This document shows positions 55,058 to 64,000 of a DNA stretch of 64,000 nt, piece by piece (positions within the stretch are counted from its first letter, which is position 1; the number at the start of each line of letters is the position of its first letter). The notes beneath the pieces were generated by a model. That model did no database searches and was not told the DNA's origin. It was given only the letters and a program-made list of their open reading frames with translations. Position numbers and translations under genes: made by a program. The DNA comes from the human T2T-CHM13v2.0 reference genome, Homo sapiens: assembly GCF_009914755.1 (NCBI RefSeq), contig NC_060925.1, one strand, 5' to 3'.

Positions 55058-57567
55058 CCACACCATCCATTTTTACCCCATTGATCCTCATTTTCATCTC
55101 CCTGCTCCTGGATAGCTGGTTCCATATTCCAGCTTTCCATATTGCTTTTGATCTGCATTGTGGTCTCTTCTGGCTATTGGATACCTCTTTCCATGGGCTC
55201 TTAGAATGCTCAGATTTCAGCAATTGCATAGTTTCTAGCAGAAGACTTCCTCTGCCAGTCCAGCCCCTCAAAACCCTCCTGCTCAGATTGGCCCCAGAAT
55301 CTCTGCCAGGAGATGGAGATTGGGGCAGTTTATCTTAATTTGATTAGCAGGTTTAGCTTCTGCAAAGCACATTCTTACAAGGAATATTTGAGAATATGTA
55401 GTCATAATGTAACAGCTTGCAGTTCTCTTTCTTATTCTATAACTGATTGAAAATTCTAATAAGAAATATGTGTACCTTGATGGCAATGTTGAAACTCAGT
55501 TGTTTAGAAAGATGGACTCCCCTATATTTAGCTGAAAAATCAGGGTTTGAGGCTTTTAGTTCCCTCTGAAACCATGAGGACTTAGCCCTTGAGATCCAGT
55601 TTAATTCTAACATGATTTAGAAGTCTGTTTCATTTCCCTGATGTTGAGTCACCAGGCTGGATTAATTTTCCAGGGTGTTGTGCTAATTATAGGTTAGTGG
55701 AGGAATGGACTAAACCAAAATGGCAACAAGCGAAAAAGTAGCAGGTTACTCTGAGTGCTGCTGGAGTGTAAAGCTATTTATAACATCACAATTGAATGGC
55801 TACTATTAATTAATAAGCATCGCAGTGACCTTCAATTTTCAAAGACGTTCACCATCATTTTCTAGTTAATCTTTCCCATCCATTACTGCATTCGTTTTAT
55901 ATGAAGGGCAGAGCTGATGAATTACTTGCCTGAAGTCATGTCTGTGGTTAAGCCAAAATTACACTTTAAACAGATGAATAATAATAAAAATAATATATTT
56001 GTGGAGTGTTTTTCAATTTTCAAAGGATCTTTTCCTTCGTTATTTCATGACTCTTTATTCTTCATGCTTACTAAGCATCCCTATGAAGGTTTTCTGCTGG
56101 TTAGCTCAGGATAGCAGAAGAGAGGAGGGTTCAGTTTATGGGTATCTTGGTTAAATTTGAACTGAATAGGAACATAAGAAACACAACATTCAGGAGTTTA
56201 GAGGTCTGAGTTGTATGATCTTTGTTCCTCATCACCTTTTTTTGTTAGGTTTTCTTGGCCTTTGAGGACCCATAGAGCAAACATTCAGTCACATTAAGTC
56301 TTTGTTTTTCAAGGCTTTGATTTTGTTCCATTCAAACCTAAAATGTATGAATCCACAGAATTTGATGTCAAAAGAAGCCTCAATTTAAGAAAGTTTGGTT
56401 AATCCAAAGATTACTTACATTAGAATACTGGAATACAATCTCCAAATAGCTTAGCTGATCCTGGTGTCTGCTCTGAACCTTCATGCTGTATACCATTTCT
56501 GCTCCCTTTTTCTCACTCAACACCTGGGCTTTTCTTGACCCTTATAGACCCAGGATGTCCATACAGTACAGTTGATCCTCCCAGAACCTTCTATACTCCC
56601 ACAAGCAAAGAAACACATAGTTGCATGGATGCTTAAAAGGTCATAGAGTCTAACATTGTCATCTTACAAATAAAGGAACTGAGGCTCAGGGAGTAGAAGT
56701 GACTTTTCCAAGTCTTATAGTAATTGCCAGCGCTGGTGTAAAAGCTGTCAGACTTTTGCTCCTGTAGAAAAGGAACTGAAAGGCATCAGAAAGTCAAACT
56801 CTCACTGCAGCAATATTTACCGTAGCACAACTACTGAGTTAGCCACATATATCATAGAGCAGTTCCCAAGATGTTCACGGATGTTCTTTGACATAGGGTT
56901 TTGTGGTCATATTACTTTGTGTAGTTGGGAATTCATGATGCAGAGTTGAAGATTGGAAACTCTGGAAAGTCTCTTAGGAAGGATTTTGTTAAGCATTTCT
57001 CAAATCATTTCTTCGTTATTTTCTTCCCAAAGAAAATCTAGTAACAGCTCGTGTAATTAGTGTTCATTGGTGATAGTGACACTTTGATGAACAAATACAT
57101 GGTGTCTGTTAAAGCAGATACCAAGCAGTCACAAGCAGGCTGAACTGTTGAGTTCTTTGTTGCAGGTTATTTTATCTTCACAACATCTTAGGATTAGGTA
57201 TTACTATTCCTACTTTACAGATGGGCTTTGGACTTGTTGCATGTGACAGAAATTGAGCTCAAACTTGCTTCAAAGGAAAGGAGTGTTATTAGTTCCTGGA
57301 ACTGAGAAGCTTGGAACATTGAAACCAACAACGTTCTTTCTCCTATCTGTGCTTCTGTCTTTGTCAAGTCTATTCATCCCTTTTACAGACAGATGTCCTC
57401 ACAAGAATGAGGATATGGCTGTGCACAGCTTAGATTCACTCCGTAACACTGCAGCTAGAGACGAAAGGACTACTGCCAGCCCCACTTAACCAGATCCTGG
57501 AGAGGGACTCTGGCCAGCAAGGCCAGCCCCTCTGCTGTCTGTCTCTATGGAGGAAAATGGGTACCAT

Positions 57568-58182
57568 TGTTAACCGAAAGGGGTCCTGATCCAGACTCCA
57601 AGAGAGGGTTTGAGAACGAATTCAGGGTGAGTCCATAGAGTAAAGTGAAAGCAAGTTTATTAGGGAAATAAAGAAACAAAAGAATGGCTATTCCATAGGC
57701 AGAGCATCCCTGAGGGCTGCTGGTTGGCTATTTTTACTGTTATTTCTTGATTATATGCTAAACAAGGGGTGGATTATTCATGAGTTTCCTGGAAAAGGGA
57801 AGAACCCCAGAACTGAGGGTTCTACTCCCTTTCAGACCATATAGGGTAACTTCCAGATGTTGCCATGGCATTTGTAAACTGTCATGATGCTGGCGTGTGT
57901 CTTTTAGCATGCTAATGCATTATAATTAGCATATAATGAGCAATGAGGAATTTTGTCACCACTTTGGTTTTGGTGGGGTTTAGCTGTCTTCCCCTGCCCC
58001 CCACCCCCCCAATCCAGTTTTATCCGCAGGGTCTTTGTGATCTGTATCTTGTGCTGACCTCTTATCTTATCTTGTGACTTAAGAATGCCTAACCTCCTTG
58101 GAATGCAGCCCAGTAGGTCTCAGCCTTATTTTACCCAGCCCCTATTCAAGATGGAGTCGCTCTTGTTTGAATGCTTCTGACG
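57568..58182 (-). mobile_element. MER41 (MER41B-like) ERV1 solo LTR
   Basis: TGTTAACCGAAAGGGGTCCTGATCCAGAC...GTGAAAGCAAGTTTATT...CCTATTCAAGATGGAGTCGCTC...CTGAC; 4-bp TSD CCAT at 57564-57567 and 58183-58186. Confidence 0.88.
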
Positions 58183-59225
58183 CCATGATTGGTTTAGACT
58201 CAATCTCACACTCTCTTTGTGGCATAGGAGATGTGTTTTCAGAAATCCAGAAAGGAGCTTAGACAAAACAGTAGTCTCAGGGAACATAGCTAGTTAAGTG
58301 ATGGAACTGAGATTTGAAGTCATATCTGTCTGACTCCAAAGTCCATGTTTTTTTTGTTTGTTTTCTCTGTGGTTTGTTGTTTCTATGATGTGGCTTCTGT
58401 CACCCTGACTCTCCTTTTGTCTTTTGTCCCTCACCACCTTCTGTAGTTTCCCAGTCCTCCTGACTCATACCAGGGAAGCCTCCTGTGTCCATATACAATG
58501 AAGGCTCAGGGACTTCTAACTCCTGGTGGACTGGCTGATTGAGCCCTGGAAGTGTACTTTCTCCTTCATTTCCCTCCTGACTCTCGCTGGGAGAGTTGTA
58601 GACTCCTGGGAAACACAGGTCTATGGCCTGCCTAAGAGAGGACCAGCCCACACCAAAGAAAGTGCCACTGCCTCCTCCTCCTCAGTGGATGCCACCAAGC
58701 CCCGAGGAGGACAACCTTTTCCTTAATCTCCTTGAAACCCAGGCAAACTTTGACAAAAGGAAAGGTGTTTCCAGTGTGTTGTTAACTGAACCTTGGTTGC
58801 TTGGCAGTATGCAGTTCTTGTCTAATTTACCCCAAGGAAATGTCTGTGTGATGTATTTTTAATTTGCTGAAGAAGGATAAGTGTTCAAACCTTTGTACAT
58901 TTATGCTGAAATTAATTTTTCAAAGTCCACATAACTTCAGTGCTGTGGGATAGTCCTTAAGAACAGAAATTATGACCAACCATAATAAATGACACATTTT
59001 TGTGAAATGTCATCTCTCATAAAGTTGTTGTGAAACTTAAAGAGGATGAAGCTTGGAAACCACCCAGCACCATGCTTGGCATATGAGTTGCCTTTCCTCT
59101 TATTCCCTTTCTAGCTCTTGGGGTAATAGAAGCTACAAGACGTAAAATTCCTGTGTGTATGGGGTAGGAATAGCTTTGGCTGTAAATAACAGAAAACTCA
59201 ACACAAGAGCATAAAGAAAGAAGAT

Positions 59226-59531
59226 CGGCCAGGCCTGGTGTCTCACGCCTGTAATCCCAGCACTTTGGGAGGCTGAGGCGGGTGGATCACCTGAGGTCAG
59301 GAGTTTGAGACCAGCCTGGCCAACGTGGTGAAGCCCCGTCTCTGCTAAAAATACAGAATTTAGCCGGTGTGCTGATGTGCGACTATAATCCCAGTTACCA
59401 GGGAGACTGAGGCAGGAGAATTGCTTGAACTTGGGAGGAGGAGGGTGCAGTGAACTGAGATTGTACCACTGCACTCCAGCCTGGATGACAGATGACAGAG
59501 CAAGACTCTGTCTCAAAAAAAAAAAAAAAAA
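59226..59531 (+). mobile_element. AluS
   Basis: Full dimer with poly-A. Confidence 0.92.
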
Positions 59532-59899
59532 TCTTTTTCCCTCACAAGTCTGATGTTGGAATCTGGAATCTGTGGGTTTGGTTTTAGTCTGGGAGCCCAC
59601 TAAACCTATGGCTAATAGTTGTTCAATTCTCCTGGCCTTTTCTTCAGGCATATTGGTAAATAGAGGTAGCCAAGGGAGAAAATGGTCAAGAATGGGTCTT
59701 GGGTCATCTAACTTGTAATATTTGCTACACTGAAGCTTTCAGTGTAATTCTTAGCTGTTCTGCAAAGCTGGGGAGGGAGTTGGAGTTGGTGGTCAGTTAG
59801 CAAGAGTCAACTTTGCTTTCTCCCCTTTGTGTAACTAAAAGACCCAGTAGAGCACAGTCAGATCCCATCTGGAACATATAGGGGTGTGTTAAGCTGCAC

Positions 59900-60610
<711 letters not shown>

Positions 60611-61019
60611 GCTCAATCCTAAAAATCAGTAATTTGGAGACAGGATGGAAGTGCATGTACATTTGGGATAATTAAGTAGGAATTTCAAAACGATTTTCAG
60701 ATCCTTGCCAGAGATAAAACACAAACAAGTGGTTTCTTGTGTTCGAAACTAATGCAATAAGAATGCGCTTCATAGGCTGCTTTCGTTTTGCAGGGATACA
60801 GAGAGAAGTGTCATTTCCTCAGCTCTTGGTACTTAAGAGTCATTCCCAAACAACAGTGTTCATTGTCACTATCATCCTTAATAAAAACTCACTGCACCTC
60901 TACTATGAGTGAGATTCTGAGCTTAACCAAGTGACATAAAAGATGACCTCTGTTTTCAAGGAGCTGATGATTAAACTAGAATATTCACAGAAAAAAATAA
61001 ATGAGAGAAGTCTATTCTG

Positions 61020-61310
61020 AATGCTTCATACTTTCTCTTCATAGCACTTACCTTGATTTGTAAATATACACATACACACAAATATTTATATTTATATATT
61101 TGTGTATATATTATATCTATACACACACACATACATAGTGTATACTTGCGTAAATGTTTGTTTCATATTGTGTCTTCTATTAGCCCACAAGTTCCATTGG
61201 GGTGGCAGCTGCATCTCATTGTTCACAGCAGCGTCCTTGTATCTGCTCAGTGTCTGGCAGATAGTAGGTACTCAATTAATGTTTGTGGAATGTACATAAA
61301 TAAAAGAAAT
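61020..61310 (+). mobile_element. L2 3' end
   Basis: CAGTGTCTGGCAGATAGTAGGTACTCAATTAATGTTTGTGGAATG. Confidence 0.65.
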
Positions 61311-61889
61311 GAACATTATGGACAATTGGAGCTATAAGAGATGAGAGGAAGGAACACTTAGCAATGACTGGAATGATTGGAAAGGCTTTAAGGAGGTGCT
61401 AGGACTTGAGTAGGACTTCGAAGGAAGGGTAAGGCATAAATTAGTTACATGACACATTCTACAGAAGATATGTAAGCCTGGAATGGAAAGTTTATTCCTT
61501 TTGTTGGAGTTGGAACAAACCCAGTGGAGCTTCTGGGTTAGGGTCACCAGGGTTATATTCAACTGAACTGTGGTATTACCTGGACTCGAAGGAGCTAGAT
61601 GCAATTTGAGAAGCAAATGCAGATCAAGGCCCAGAAAGGAACTCAAGGTTGAGTGAAAAGAACGATATCCATTCAGAGATCTAAAGGACAATTTTGAGGT
61701 CGCACCTAAGAGACTAGGGAAGCAAAAAAATGCAGGATGGCAAGCAAGGCTGGAAGAGGCAGAGTTTTATTTAGCCTGTGCTCTTCTTCTTCTTTTTTGC
61801 CAAGTAAGTTTGGTTTATTAGAACATAACACACTTTAAGCTTGTTAGAAACTTACTTACACATAAAATAAACAGAGCTTAGAATGTTTT

Positions 61890-63972
<2,083 letters not shown>

Positions 63973-64000
63973 GAATTGCTAATGCAACCCATATTTTAAA

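Overview
Primate DNA, most likely human; the gene content matches chr1p32.3. The minus strand carries the 5' end of USP24: coding exon 1 at 39633-39956, a ~36.6 kb intron 1, exon 2 at 2843-3008 and exon 3 at 1252-1319 (codons 1-186, all GT-AG with matching phases). A CpG-island promoter surrounds exon 1. Upstream on the plus strand are a processed glycogenin-1 pseudogene (47114-~48930) and the miR-4422 hairpin (50478-50560). The rest is mostly interspersed repeats: ~40 Alu copies or monomers, old L1 and L2 fragments, THE1/MLT1/MER41 LTRs and Tigger/hAT/mariner relics. Almost all other ORFs in the track are Alu- or L1-derived artefacts. Best hunting leads: (1) a perfect TISU/YY1 element that starts a 13-codon uORF in frame with USP24, separated from it by a single UGA; (2) a 53-bp tandem duplication that copies the exon 3 splice acceptor; (3) inverted Alus around exons 2-3, whose 234-nt circle would be a stop-free reading frame; (4) a candidate exon whose 3' splice site lies inside the miR-4422 stem; (5) a MER41 LTR with an intact GAS site; (6) a MADE1 hairpin with apparent compensatory changes. 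Repeat subfamily names come from recalled consensus sequences, and their boundaries are approximate.
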